A stretch of DNA of 64,000 bases from Tubiluchus corallicola (Eukaryota > Animalia > Priapulida), in NCBI GenBank assembly GCA_030141605.1, contig JAQGDQ010000275.1:186001-250000 (forward strand), read 5' to 3'. Both the position numbers and the translations under genes were made by a program. The number at the start of each line of letters is the position of its first letter. Within the stretch, counting starts at the first letter, position 1. Of this stretch, positions 24,380 to 38,602 are shown in pieces. Below the pieces are notes generated by a model that did no database searches, was not told where the DNA came from, and was given only the letters and a program-made list of their open reading frames with translations.

Positions 24380-26218
24380 CTGCAGGACCAGTTGTCAGCA
24401 AAACGAATACCTGATGATGAATCGGTGTCAGATGAACCATCAAAACCGAAATGCAAAAAGCTGAAAGGCCAGTTTAAGAAACGGCCACGGGAGAAGCCGT
24501 CTCCTCCTGGCGACAGATTATGCCGTTTCATCGTTGCGGGCGAGAACTGTCCATACACGGACAATTGTTGTTTCTTGCACGATGTTTCCTCGTATTTGTC
24601 AAAGAAGCTGCCAGATTTGGAAGGCAGGTGTCATAACTTTGACACTCTTGGAAAATGTTCTTACGGCATAACATGTAGATTTGCAAAGAATCATCTCACG
24701 AATGAAAATGCGAACGTGGTCGATGTCGCGCTTTGGGAAAAAACTGTTGCCTCGCCTACTGTGCTGAATACTTTGTCAAAGGAGCTGCAAGCGAAACTTT
24801 CTCGAAAGAAATATAATTTTGAAAAAGCAGATGCAGCATATAAGATTGTTAATGCATTTGTGAAAAGACGTCGCGAACAGAAAAGCAAAGAAGTTGATAT
24901 GCTGAATGGCATTACTAAAGACGATCTTATTTCGAAAAAGACAGGTGGAATAAGCAACATAGACCAGAAGTCTCTATTAAGCAGTTTAGAAATCCAAAAA
25001 CATGAGGTCGATGACATTGAGAGTGTGCAGGAAAGTGCCACACTGTCTGAAATTGAACAGGTTGCAACAGTATCAACGAACGCAGATGAAGTTTCTGCAA
25101 AGTTTGGACCTATTCTCGATACTGACATTATCAAATTGCGACCTGCTGAGAAAAGAACTATTGATTTTTCAAACAAATTGTATCTTGCACCACTAACCAC
25201 AGTTGGCAATTTGCCTTTTAGACGAATATGTAAAAAATTCGGCGCGGACATTACTTGTGGTGAAATGGCAATGTGCTTCAACCTGCTTCAAGGTCAGAGT
25301 TCCGAGTGGGCACTCTTGCGAAGGCACGAATGTGAAGATTTGTTTGGAGTTCAAGTGTGCGGCGCGCATCCGGACACAATGATGCGCTGTGCACAATTGA
25401 TGAATGAAAACATCACCGTAGATTTCGTTGACATTAACATGGGTTGTCCCATTGACTTTGTGTACAACAAAGGCATGGGATGTGGCCTTATGAATTCTCC
25501 TTCACGACTGGAACGAATCATTAGGGGAATGGATGCAGTACTTGACTGTCCAGTTACGCTTAAAATGAGGACAGGCGTATGCAAAGATAAGAATATCGCA
25601 CACAATCTTATCAGAAAAATCAGTGATTGGGGTCTTGGCTTGATCACAATGCATGGCCGCTCTCGACAGGCAAGATACTGCCACCTGGCGGACTGGGATT
25701 ACATTAGTCGATGTGCCCAGATTGCTGCACCAATCCCATTCTTTGGAGGTGGTGATGTACTGTCATATGAAGACTATAATTTGAGAATTTCTTCGGCAGG
25801 TGTGTCTGGTATCATGATCGGACGAGGTGCTCTGTATAAGCCCTGGTTGTTTACAGAAATCAAAGAACAGCGACACTGGGATATTTCATCGAGCGAGAGA
25901 TTGGATATTTTGCGTGATTTTGTTAAATTCGGTTTTGAAAACTGGGGCTCTGATAGTGCTGGAATAGAGAAGACGCGGCGGTTTTTGCTCGAGTGGCTGT
26001 CCTTTCTTCATCGTTATATTCCAGTGGGCCTGTTGGAACACGTGCCTCAGAAAATGAACCAGCGTCCTCCCCACTACGTAGGTCGTGATGACCTTGAGAC
26101 ATTGATGGCCAGCCCGAGTTGCTGTGATTGGATAAAAATAACAGAAATGATTTTAGGACCGACTCCTGATAATTTTGTCTTCCTGCCAAAGCACAAAGCA
26201 AGTGCATTTAAGTCATAA
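24380..26218 (+). CDS. DUS3L: tRNA-dihydrouridine(47) synthase DUS3-like, main exon (two CCCH zinc fingers + FMN TIM-barrel)
   Basis: 608-aa ORF with LAPLTTVGNLPFRRICK, catalytic DINMGCP, HGRSR, MIGRGAL and C-terminal PKHKA; acceptor catcttcag (24379) in frame with the upstream exon. Confidence 0.97.
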   Translation: MQDQLSAKRIPDDESVSDEPSKPKCKKLKGQFKKRPREKPSPPGDRLCRFIVAGENCPYTDNCCFLHDVSSYLSKKLPDLEGRCHNFDTLGKCSYGITCRFAKNHLTNENANVVDVALWEKTVASPTVLNTLSKELQAKLSRKKYNFEKADAAYKIVNAFVKRRREQKSKEVDMLNGITKDDLISKKTGGISNIDQKSLLSSLEIQKHEVDDIESVQESATLSEIEQVATVSTNADEVSAKFGPILDTDIIKLRPAEKRTIDFSNKLYLAPLTTVGNLPFRRICKKFGADITCGEMAMCFNLLQGQSSEWALLRRHECEDLFGVQVCGAHPDTMMRCAQLMNENITVDFVDINMGCPIDFVYNKGMGCGLMNSPSRLERIIRGMDAVLDCPVTLKMRTGVCKDKNIAHNLIRKISDWGLGLITMHGRSRQARYCHLADWDYISRCAQIAAPIPFFGGGDVLSYEDYNLRISSAGVSGIMIGRGALYKPWLFTEIKEQRHWDISSSERLDILRDFVKFGFENWGSDSAGIEKTRRFLLEWLSFLHRYIPVGLLEHVPQKMNQRPPHYVGRDDLETLMASPSCCDWIKITEMILGPTPDNFVFLPKHKASAFKS

Positions 26219-26409
26219 TACAAGTCGTAAATTAGAAACCAAAGCCTGTCTATGTCTTTGTCTTTTTATTTTGCTATATTTTGGCATGTATAAGGCTTGG
26301 CTTACATGTATTAAAAATTTCATTGTATTTTGTCTAATACTTTGACTGTGTAAGCTCAGAATTAGTTGAAATCCATTTGAAAGTGCATATACAATGTGTT
26401 TCTATGCTA

Positions 26410-26415
26410 AATAAA
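26410..26415 (+). terminator. Probable DUS3L polyadenylation signal
   Basis: AATAAA ~190 nt after the stop codon. Confidence 0.5.
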
Positions 26416-26424
26416 GTAAACTGC

Positions 26425-27025
26425 ATCTAACTAAACCGGTTATAACTGAAATTCTTGCGTATTTGGAACAGATTTGTGGAATGGATTTTCCCTTTCGTTT
26501 TTTGCTTTATCAAATATCGTGTAACTCGAAATCTGTAAATTAAACCGAATTCCCAGTACAATTTATAAGAATCTAACTGAAATTACCCCATCTATCTTTA
26601 ACCTCCCTAGTGAGAAACCTACGCGAAACTATACACAACATTACGATTTTAGCTGTTAGTTTCAGCTAAAATGCTAAGGTTTCTTGTATTATCTTAGCAG
26701 ACCGCTGAACACAGCATGGGTTAATGAACGTGGTTTAATGTAGATCATAATACTTTTATTGTTGAATCTACTAAACATACTACTCAGACTACAGTGGAGG
26801 CAGACTAGTCATTTTATTTTTGATTATTTATTATTATTGATTATAGAAATATTTTTTGATATTTGATTAAAGGCTCAGTTTGTCATTTTCACAGGCTGCA
26901 GTGTATTATCACGTTTTTGAGCGACTCAGTCTTGTTTTCTATGAACATTGTCTAACTCGTACTTGTGCATAACTCGAACGAATTTTCCGGTTCCGAGATA
27001 TTCGAGTTATACATAGTTTGCTATA
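26425..27025. mobile_element. Degenerate pogo/Tigger-like MITE
   Basis: Repeated taactcgaa motifs; right end ttcgagttata mirrors left ggttataact. Confidence 0.4.
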
Positions 27026-27128
27026 GCGCTTTTTTCTCTGAAGTTGATCTTTCTTTTGGGTAACAATTAGTTACAGCTTTTACACAAAATATGTCTTCTC
27101 AATGTTTTTACATAAAATATAAAATATA

Positions 27129-27866
27129 CAGTAAGTCCTCACTTAACGATGGTAATGCATTCCAAAAAAACGCGACGTTAAGTGAAATGTCATTAAACGA
27201 GACCAAAACTTCCATAGAAAGTAATGCAAAAAAATGAAATATGTTCCAGAAGCAAAAATCAATGCTGCTTAAATCATATAAATTAAACGTTTATGGGTTC
27301 TATTTATATTTCTACAGATTATTTTTTTCTGTTTTCTTGAAACCACTTATCTTTCTATAATACCTAGCTAGTGGTTTTCTTTCCTTAATGTTGAAGCCTA
27401 TATTTAGACAGTTAAAAGTTAAACAAGCCTGCATGAAGCGACCTTAATACAATTTCATGTAGTACTAACCTGGTTGTTGTAGAAATAGCTAGATGGCAGA
27501 AAAAATTCCTTGGCATAAAATTTAAACTTTGTGTGTGTGGAGGCGTATAAAAATACATGTCACTTGATACAAACTGCTAGAGCCCCTAGAATTTAGTACG
27601 TAGTCAGTTAGGGAGCAAAGGCATTATAATAATTGCACTCTTTAGATTACTAATGCATTTTTAGAACAGAATGATGCAATGTGTACCGTTTTGGTGCTTC
27701 AAATTTGGTAAAAAAGCTGCTGGTAAAATAAAAACGCCCGTGAGTTAAGTGAAAAATAGTTTTTAAAATGAAGCGTGCATCGTTAAGTGAGAAAAAGGTG
27801 TCAAATGTTCAGCGTCGTTAAAACAAAACGTCGCTAAAAGGGGAGTCTTTAAGCGAGAACTTACTG
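27129..27866. mobile_element. pogo/Tigger-like (Tc1/mariner) MITE
   Basis: TIR CAGTAAGTCCTCACTTAA / TTAAGCGAGAACTTACTG with TA TSD on both sides. Confidence 0.88.
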
Positions 27867-27992
27867 TATTCTCATGTGAACTTGAGAATTTTCATCCAGT
27901 CTTGAGTTTCTTGGGCAGCTTACAGAAAACCGTATAAAGTTTATAAAAAATGAAAAATTAGATTGACTCTAAAAAAGCTTGTTAACTGTGAG

Positions 27993-28313
27993 CAGGGGCT
28001 ATTTCAGGGGGAGTGGGGATACTTCCCCGGGGCCTCACCCTCCAAGGAGGCCTCGCCCCGAGGTAACATTCTTTCTTGTTGTTTTTGATTTGACTGTTTG
28101 ACAAGTATTAAGGACTGGTCTTGAGAATAAAGCAGTTTTTCTTTCATTTGTTCGTACCTTTAACAACTGTATAACTCCATATTTTCTCTTCGAAAATGCT
28201 TCTCCGGCGTTGTAGCAGTTCAACCATGGTGGGGCCCGCCAACCGCCCCTCCCCCCGAGGGGGCCTCACACACCCCACTTCCCCGGGCCTCGCATAGGCT
28301 GAAATAGGCCCTG
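27993..28313. mobile_element. hAT-type MITE with GC-rich subterminal regions
   Basis: TIR CAGGGGCTATTTCAG / CTGAAATAGGCCCTG; degenerate 8-bp TSD ACTGTGAG / AATGTGTG. Confidence 0.8.
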
Positions 28314-30435
28314 AATGTGTGCGAGTAAGAAAATATTTATTAAAGTGACGTGTTTGCATTCATCATACATTTAAAATCATTTTCACCGTTCTATGTACGA
28401 CAAAAATTTTGACGTAAACCCAGCCATTTAGGCTTACAAGTCACTGCCTATTAAGGCCAAAAGACTTGTGTACACTTAACAAAAATTTATGCGGGTCGCA
28501 TTATACATGGTAGAAGATTACTTCACAATTCAGATCGCAGAGTCATTGCATATAGATGTCTTTTGCCTCTTCCAGTAAGAGTTTTGTATAAAATGGCAAC
28601 GCTTCTAGTTAAAACATCAGCATTGAAAATGAAAGCCAGTTTTTCAGTATTCACCAGTTGTATGAATTTTTTTTAATGTGATAACATTTTTGATATAAAT
28701 CCCTTCTTTTTGTATTGCAAAACGGGCAGCCAAGCAGGAAATTTATCTCGTTTTCTATTTCGCCTAAATTACCTTGGACATTTCACGTATTCGTTGCCCG
28801 TGGAATCGGCCAGTCTCAATTTTTAGGGTAAAACGTCACATATAAGCTAGGATAAAAGGGATCTTTGTGGTCTACATATATGTGGTATATACAAATGGTG
28901 TTCCGTATAAAAACTTGCTTAAAAAGTTTAAAAGTTCTGACTTAACTAAAGAGCAATTGCATAATTCTTTGTCTGTAGATATATAATGAAAACAAATGGT
29001 TTTGCTCCTGTTATTATCTGTAAAAATGTCATTTTCTGCTGAGTAGCTGTTTGTAAGTCGTAACTAGTAAAGTCTAACGTATGTCATATCTCATTTTTGT
29101 CAGACAGTGTAACGCTAGATTGCAATTGCTTCGACTCGAAAGCCGTTTATTTAAAACCTAATTACAGGTCGTTGCAGCTCTAACTCGATATAAAAACTGC
29201 AACATCCACTCATTAGTTTCATAAGTTTTGCTGATATTAAATTACTTGCCTGCCTGCCTTCCGTTAGAATTTTCTAAAAAAATTTCCTGGAAATGTGTAA
29301 ATACTCTCACTTAACTAACTTGTTAAATATTTCGCTCATTTTTGCTCAATGTATTTGCAAAGCGTGAAACAGGCCTAATTAAAATTGAGAATGTAATTAT
29401 TTAATTTCCTAATTAAATTTATGGTATCAATTAATTGAGCAGTGCTGTATGTCATTAATGCTACGTTGCTGCTGTAATAGTTGTAAGATGTTTATTAACA
29501 CATTTTGATGTTGTCTAGATGTGATATAGTAATTAGGATTTTGGGCAAACATTCTCCGCTAACATTTTGCTTAATATCTCATTGGCCTAGCTAGCTAGGG
29601 TGACGAATCTCATGGGTGGGTAGTGATGAATACATGACTAATTAATGTCAAGCACATTGGTTCGATTCTCATTGGCACGCTCAGCGGCATTCGGGAGAGA
29701 GCTCAAGCTGGATAACAACTTTAGTAAACTAATAGCATGACAGTCACAACTAATGTCTAATCAGCAGATAAACTGATTGCACTTTTTCATTAACACAAAT
29801 TTGCAGAATAGCACTTATTTTTACATGAAATTAACACTTGAAGTAGCCAAAAAATGACTTTTCAATTTAAACAGAACGTAGAGAAGTTTCAAAGCACTAC
29901 AAAATGCAGAGCCACAATTATAATAAAGAAACTAAGCTAGTTAGCCTTGCTTTACAAAAAATAAGCAACAAAATATTAAGTCTGTCTTGCCATTGAGCAT
30001 ATGAACATCATGCCTGCGATGTATTATCTCTATATTTAACTGATCATGTGCTCGTTTGCAAGATCCTGTTTTTGTATATTTCCGTTTGTTAGGCTACGGT
30101 TTTGTTTGTTTGTTTTTTTCTGTCTCTTTTGTTAATGTTAAATACTCACGTTAAGGAAGCTCGCTAGTAATCCACAGCCTTAGATCAAATAAAATGTGCA
30201 GAAATCTCAAGTATATTTGTGGTGTGTTAGCGCCATTGATTTAGTAATAAGTGGCCATTGATGCAAGCATCTTTGCAGCATTTTAGGTTGTGTAGACTAT
30301 AACAATATTTAATGTTTCATTCATTGACAACAACAGCAATGGTGCCATTGCGTTTGTGGCTAACATACAGGACATTTACTAGACGTAATACAATTATACC
30401 ACGAGAAATGGTCAGAACGACGGAAAGCAGAAGTG

Positions 30436-31038
30436 TTAAAGCAAAACCGGACTCGTTAAACTGTAGGCCAAAACAGCCTGTTATTGAAAGGAAACGTACA
30501 TTTTTTTTAAAAACTACTTACGTGAAAGAATTCTTACCACACAAACACAATTTCGCATTCGCGCCACTATTTCTCCGCTGCTACATACATTTTGCCATTA
30601 TCTAGTTAGACTGGTACTAGCGCCTGCATTTCGGAAAAGAATTACACAAAAACACGTGCTGTGCCTCTCAGTTCAGACGTGTTTGTTTGTGACGAACTGC
30701 ACACGTTCCACAGCTCACGCGTGAGCACAGCAGTAAATTTGAAATTTTAATTTTATCTTAAAACTTGCCGAGTTTTAGTAAAACACACTGAACATCTTAC
30801 AGTAGTACTGTACTTCAATTTTCGCTTTCGCAAAACTCGAGGAATGTTTTTGATGTTGAAAATTATGTTACTTTTGTGGTGTCCATCAACAGCTGGGCTC
30901 GCCCGCCGTTAATAAAGTTTTTAATGCATTTTTTAGTTATTGGAGACACTTTTGCAATATTATTGATGTTAAAATGTATACTTTTTGCCGTACTTGATAA
31001 TGGGGTAGTATATGAAAAATCGTCCTGTCTTCCTTTAA
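30436..31038 (+). mobile_element. Kolobok-like MITE family A, full length
   Basis: TTAAAGCAAAAC ... GTCTTCCTTTAA; shared internal blocks. Confidence 0.8.
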
Positions 31039-31998
31039 ACCATTAGCAAATAACCAAAGTAATCACCCAAATCTAAAATATAGTTCAAAAAATGAAGGTA
31101 ATATCAAATAGTCTACTAACAAATATAACTGAAAATATGCTAAATAAGTATCACATTACAAAATTTAGACAGATGACTGAAGTATCAACAGGCAGACAAC
31201 TGACAACGAATCTCAAAAACTCAAAGGTTAAATACAAAACTAGCGGCTCAGTCACTGACAATCAGATATTAACAATAGATGAATAAATGAGTCTTGAGGC
31301 ACTGACGAAACCGATAACTAAGCAGCAACAAAGCCTGAAACCTAGTCAGACTTGAAGCAAACTGACGCGATAATTAAAAACAAAAAGAAGCAGCCAAACG
31401 GTCCTTGCGGAGATTCGCGGAAACGATGTCGTCCAGCGATAGTCATTTTAGAAGTCGTTACACACCGAAGTCGTTACGACAAGCTACTGGCATAACACCT
31501 AGGTTTTTTGCTGGATTACTGCTCTGTTTACCTGTCTGAGGGGTAGATTTATTTTAGAATTCTGCCTGCCCAATGTCTACAACAGACGGGGACATGATGA
31601 TGATGATTACGTCAGGCCTGACAAGTGTGCTTTTTACACGAAAGATAGTCCAAGTAATTTTTAGTCATCGCTTTTACAAGGAAAAATAATCATCTAAAAT
31701 CATTATCGTTAGTTACATCTTATTCCATTTCTTTTCAGTTTTCACAGCTTTCCTAATTTAGCCAGGCATCTGTTGGAGATAAGGGAGATAGTCCTACTCA
31801 TTTATCGACCAATCATTACCTAGCTATTGTGGCTTTCCGTTTTTCAATACACCATTCTTATTTATGTTCTGAACACGTTAGATTACTCCGGCTCTTCTAT
31901 CCTGAAGCAATTGTGTTAGATGAAGAGAAGTCGTTGCAATTTGTTACCCATTTTTGATTACACGTCTTTATTGTGTATCTTGTATATAGGCTACCTTA

Positions 31999-32185
31999 TT
32001 GTGTGTGTGTGTGTGTGTGAAAGAGAGAGAGAGAGAGAGAGAGGAGAGCAGAGGGAGAGAGCGAGGGAGGATAGAGAGAGAGAGAGGGGGGAGACAGAGA
32101 GAGGATACAGACAGAGAGAGAGAGGGAGAGTGAGAGAGGGGGGAAGAAATAGAACGAGAAAGGGGGAGAGAGAGAGAGAGAGAGG

Positions 32186-32272
<87 letters not shown>

Positions 32273-32280
32273 TGAGAAAG
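31999..32280. repeat. (GT)n(GA)n compound microsatellite
   Basis: Direct inspection. Confidence 0.95.
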
Positions 32281-33414
32281 AGGTCGTACTCAAAATGCAT
32301 TGTGCAGTTCTAACTTACTTTTAAGTTTTTACACACACACGCTAGGCTCATGTAATTAAGGAAACCTTTTTGTACTTTCTGTGATTTCTATGTATATTTT
32401 TTGTATATATTAGTTTTAACTTCTCGTCTTTGAACATACATGAAATGTTTTTCTGTATCATAGGTTAGGTGAAAATAAATAAATAAATAAATAAATAAAA
32501 TATGTAATAAACATGTAAATGTTATAACATAATGTCACAAAAACAACAAGCCATGATAAAAGTATTCTAGAATCTCAAGCACTGAAAAATGCCACCTGTT
32601 TCAAAGATTTGTGTAGCTATGAAATTTCGTTAAAATAAACCTTGTGTTTGAGGTTAAAAAATGTCGTCGCGTGAGCTAAAATCACATAAAGTTGATTTAT
32701 AAATATAACACACTTGGAAGTACGCGAGTTCTGTGAGCGTACAGGATTTGTATTTTACGTCACTTCCGGTGGATAGTTCTCATGCAGTCGCGTGGCTTCA
32801 TTAACCTAACAAAAATTCCAATGTGCAATAATAATCATGAGTTGAACTGTGCACAATGGACTTCCCTCCCTTGGAGCGCCGGTGATAATACATGCTATTA
32901 TTGATCAGCGAGATGACACATTCATGACTGACAGTGTGTGATGCCAACCTGGTATCACTAAGCAACGCGTGCCTCAGCTGCCTGCTGTGCAGGTTTCATT
33001 TCTTGGTGTTGTCAACCACAGTGTCGTTTTTTAATAAAGCGTGGACACAGTCACATTTCTGAAATTCTGCGCTGGAGAACTATGGAGAATTGATTTGTTG
33101 TTTGTCGTTATTTTCTCTGCTGTGTAAAATCCCGCGACGATTACGTAACTTTATTCTCGATTACAAGTTTAAAACTATTATTGTTGTATTAAAAACAAGT
33201 AGTTTGATCAAACGTATCCAATCTCTGGCATCAATTGGTTGGGCGGTGCAAGTCGATGTGACTTTTTCAAGAGAAAGTAGTGAGCGCTGAAAAGAAAGCG
33301 TAAAAAATGCTGATCGTTGGACAAGCTGACTGTGAGAAATAGCGTTTGCAACTGGAGAGTGCTAATTCATTTTTAAGAGGTAATTATTTTTTGTAATTTA
33401 GTCATTTTACAGAT

Positions 33415-33575
33415 GATATTTAGGTTAAGTTAAAGTTACATTTATAGTTATAGTCATAGTCATAGTTATGTTTACAGTTACGGTTATAATTGTAGTAATA
33501 GTCATAGTCATAGACAGAGTTAAAGTTATATATAGTTTTCTATATAGTTATGGTTATTTTTATAGTTTTAGTTTT
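33415..33575. repeat. Degenerate (TATAGT)n hexamer repeat
   Basis: Direct inspection. Confidence 0.7.
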
Positions 33576-33717
33576 TATAATATGTTGGTGCACTTAAACT
33601 TTAGTTAAGTGTCATCGAGTTATATCACTACTGTCTTTAGGCGAGAACAGTAAATTTTTCTATAACTCGAGATTATACTACGAGAATTGCTTGTTCCTCA
33701 CATATTTTTCACTTTGA

Positions 33718-33983
<266 letters not shown>

Positions 33984-34899
33984 CTTTTACCTAGTGCACT
34001 GGCTGTGGGAATTTACTTCACTGCTAAGAGAGGACGTTGTTCCTATAGCTCAACATTTTGGCTGAACACGTGTGCTGCACTGAAATGGGGGTGGGGGGGG
34101 GGGCGAAACCCACTATTTTAAAAACTATTAAAGAAAAACAGCTAATATGTCTTCTAATTTTCTGACAAGATCAACTGTATTAGTGCAACAATATTAAGTT
34201 GTGTGGACTTTGTCTGCAGTAGCATAGCATTTTTGATGCCTGAGAAAAGTTTGACGCCTATAAGGGGGGGGGGGGGGCACGCGCAACAGGAATTAAAGTG
34301 GCCTCTGGTCAGTGGGTCGTCGTGCCTCGTTTTAGTGCGTTTTCTAGGGTTGCCAGGTCTCACCAACTTGACAGCGACATGTAATGGGAAAAAATTTGCA
34401 AAAATCAATAAATCCTTTTCCCAGCAGCCACAACACCAACTTCCTCCTTTCTAAGGTCAAACTAATCGTTTGAAAAAGCAGACGACTCTCAACTCGATCT
34501 AATTACAAGTGCCAATTAAGATCGTAATTAACTTCGGATAATAACAGGCCGAAGTCAAAGATTATCAGGGATTAATGGTGGAAAAACCCACAAATCTCGT
34601 GTGTTGCCATGACTTTCATTCTTCAATAAGTGATTACAAGTCGTCAAAAACTTCTAACACGCCCTACAATAATTAATAAAAAGTCCACCTTAAAGGGAAA
34701 GAAAACACAGTTTCTATATACGATTGTGGAAATTCTTCGGATGAAAAAGGAAAGCAAACCCAAACGGTCACTAATATTTTAAATTGACACGTTCAGTAAT
34801 AAGCTCAGACAATAGCACACGCCAATGAACATAATTTCAAAATACATGCACCCTGAGTCTACAGGAGGTAAAAATACGAAATGTACCAGCCGCAAAAGC

Positions 34900-35050
34900 A
34901 CAGAAGAAAACACAAACGTATTGGTCACAATAGAAAACACAAGAAGTAATGGTCATAAAGACACAGTAGAAAAAGACAAAAAGTAATGGTCATAAAACAC
35001 AATAGAAAACACAATAAGTATTGCTCACAGAAACACAGTAGAAAACATAA
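34900..35050. repeat. Degenerate ~36-bp minisatellite
   Basis: agtaatggtcataaa.acaca.tagaaaa repeated about 4 times. Confidence 0.7.
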
Positions 35051-35854
35051 GCAACAAAATGTCACAACAGGACTGAGACACGAATACTAGAATGTAAGAG
35101 ATGGTATGTAGAAGTGTAGAAGATGACTGATTCAGCGCTAATTTTTCGGTAGTTATTTAAAGTGAAAGAAAAGGGAATTTTAAATTGTATCTCAAAGAAC
35201 TTTCCATACTAACTTATATTCGTAGCATCACTATCCCAATGTGCGCCACTGATTCACCAAAAAAAAACATCATTGATTTTATTGCGATATAAGGTAATTT
35301 ATATTGCTTAGTTAGTGAAGTATGCGCCACGAATGGTCTGATTATTTTTATTTGTTATCTAAATTTGCTTAAAAAATGGCTGCTGCGTTTACTCACGAGA
35401 GTTTAAACATAGATGCTTTTAAACAGCTTTATTACTAACACAAGCTCTGTATTCAATAAGGCAGCACGACGAATTTTCAAGCTTTATCTTAGAAGTAAAA
35501 AGAGTGTTTTCTAGTGCTTCAGCTTTTTTACACGTTTGTTGCCGTGATTCTGTCCTCGTTATGATATCATACATACAATTGCGGATGCCGCCATCCAACA
35601 GCATAAAGCCGCTTTAACTGCAACGAAAGAGTTACCAACTTCACATTTATTACGTCAGAGAGATTTTTTTCAATTACCTTTGTACGATCAGCACTAAAAC
35701 TCTGTAAACGAGTCTCTAGGCCGCCAAAAACTTGTTAAGCAGACAATTAATCGCACTGGCTTTGCAGAATACTAATAATCTGTTTCTAAGAGAGCGTAAC
35801 GATGTGTTGCAAGCTGAAACAGAAACACTGAGCAAACTATTGACACTAAGATTT

Positions 35855-36657
<803 letters not shown>

Positions 36658-37338
36658 GTGAATTAATTGCTAAATACAGTAACACTATACTGTTGCTGGC
36701 TGCTCGCTGTCAGGGACACCTGACTAGAAGATTCTGGTAGTGTAGTAGCAATCATTGATTCATTAAGTCTCATTGTATTAATCGCAACAACACATGAGCA
36801 TAACCAGCAGTTCGAGCAGTTGAAACTATATAGATCATTTAAACTCAACCTACGAAACCAACAAGTGCTAGATAAATAAAATGAGATACCTACCGTGTAG
36901 TTGACATAACCTGTAGAATGATGAGGGGCGGACAGTAGGCCACGTCCAAAGTTCTTGAAGGTAACAAACAATTGGTTTTACGTCACAACACTATAATAAA
37001 CAACGCACGTTATAAGAACTTAACCTGTGATGCAATAACAGGCGACAGGTGAGCCTACAGAAATACAGTTAATTACCTGTACACTCCGGTAATTAATAGC
37101 TCAGGTGTAATTATCCACCATGTGTACTAATCGTAAGACCTGTGAGACATCATTGATTGGTGGGGGGATTATCTAGGAAGGTTTGAAAGCTTATGTAATG
37201 TGAAACCTAGAACCGGATTTGACGGTAATTGTTGCATCCGTTATAGCTATCATGAGCAACACATCAACAGAATTTTTTAGACCTAAATCGGTTTGTCGGT
37301 TTGCTGGACGACAGAGAAAACGATGATTATGATGATGT

Positions 37339-37374
<36 letters not shown>

Positions 37375-37494
37375 GGTCCATTTTATCATAACTGTTAATC
37401 TCGAAATGAAGATTATAGTGTAACTTTCATCGTAATATTTCAACGATGAGACTTAAGCAGGCTAGCAAGCAAACAGTTAATGTTAAAGACCGTA

Positions 37495-37865
37495 AACACA
37501 TAGACAGACGAACGAACGGATGATCAAGCAAACAGACAGACAGCAGACACATAGACAGACGAACGAACGGATGATCAAGCAAAAAGACAGACAGCAGACA
37601 CATAGACAGACGAACGAACGGATGATCAAGCAAACAGACAGACAGCAGACACATAGACAGACGAACGAACGGATGATCAAGCAAACAGACAGACAGCAGA
37701 CACATAGACAGACGAACGAGCGGATGATCAAGCAAACAGACAGACAGCAAACACATAGACAGACGAACGAGCAGATGATCAAGCAAACACACAGACAGCA
37801 GACACATAAACAGACGAACAAACGGATGATCAAGCAAACAGACAGACGGACAGACTGATAGACAG
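37495..37865. repeat. 51-bp minisatellite, ~7 copies
   Basis: Unit acacatagacagacgaacgaacggatgatcaagcaaacagacagacagcag; explains the 17-aa periodic ORFs. Confidence 0.95.
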
Positions 37866-38324
37866 ACGAATAGGGAAGCAGGAAGACAGGCAGGCAGAGA
37901 GGCAGACACACAAGCAATCAAAGTGAACAAAGTGTGAATGAATGAAGCAATAAGCTTACAAACTGACGAGCAAATAAGCAAGTATTTGAGTTAAAAAATA
38001 AACAGATAAAATTAGCCAACAACAAAGCTGTATGTAGCTACAAAGAACTGAAGGAATTGGCGCATCGGGGATTGGCCGTTCACAAGCTTAATGACCAATG
38101 TAGAAAATAATATTAATGATAATTATCCGTCCAAATTAAATTAAATCTTCGTGGTATTTCTTTGCGTCTAGAGAATTCTGGAGAGAATTATCGACTTACT
38201 TACTTTGGCTGAACTTTTAATATTATCATTAGGGAGTGTATTACTCTATCAAAGCCTTGATTATTGCTTGATTATCGTTTACGTGGGAAATGTGTCCTTT
38301 GGGTAACCAATACCAATATATAAA

Positions 38325-38602
38325 ATGATGATGATCATGACGACAGGGTGATGACGACGACGACGACGATGACGATGATGATGACGACAATGACGATGAT
38401 GATGATGATGATGATGACGACAATGATGATGATGACGATGACGACGACGACGATGGTGATGACGGCAATGATGATGATGATAATGATGACGACGATGGTG
38501 ATGACGATTATTATTATGATGATGATGATGACGACGACGATGATGACGATAATGATGATAATGACAACTATGATGACGATGACAATAATGAGGATGATGG
38601 TG
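38325..38602. repeat. (GAT/GAC)n microsatellite
   Basis: Direct inspection. Confidence 0.95.

Noticed and set aside
24691-25281. 196-aa antisense ORF (and other short ORFs) overlapping DUS3L
   Set aside because: Shadow of the sense coding frame; no recognisable domain.
37495-37865. Regular repeat array as a possible CRISPR
   Set aside because: Contiguous tandem units with no unique spacers, no cas genes, eukaryotic context.
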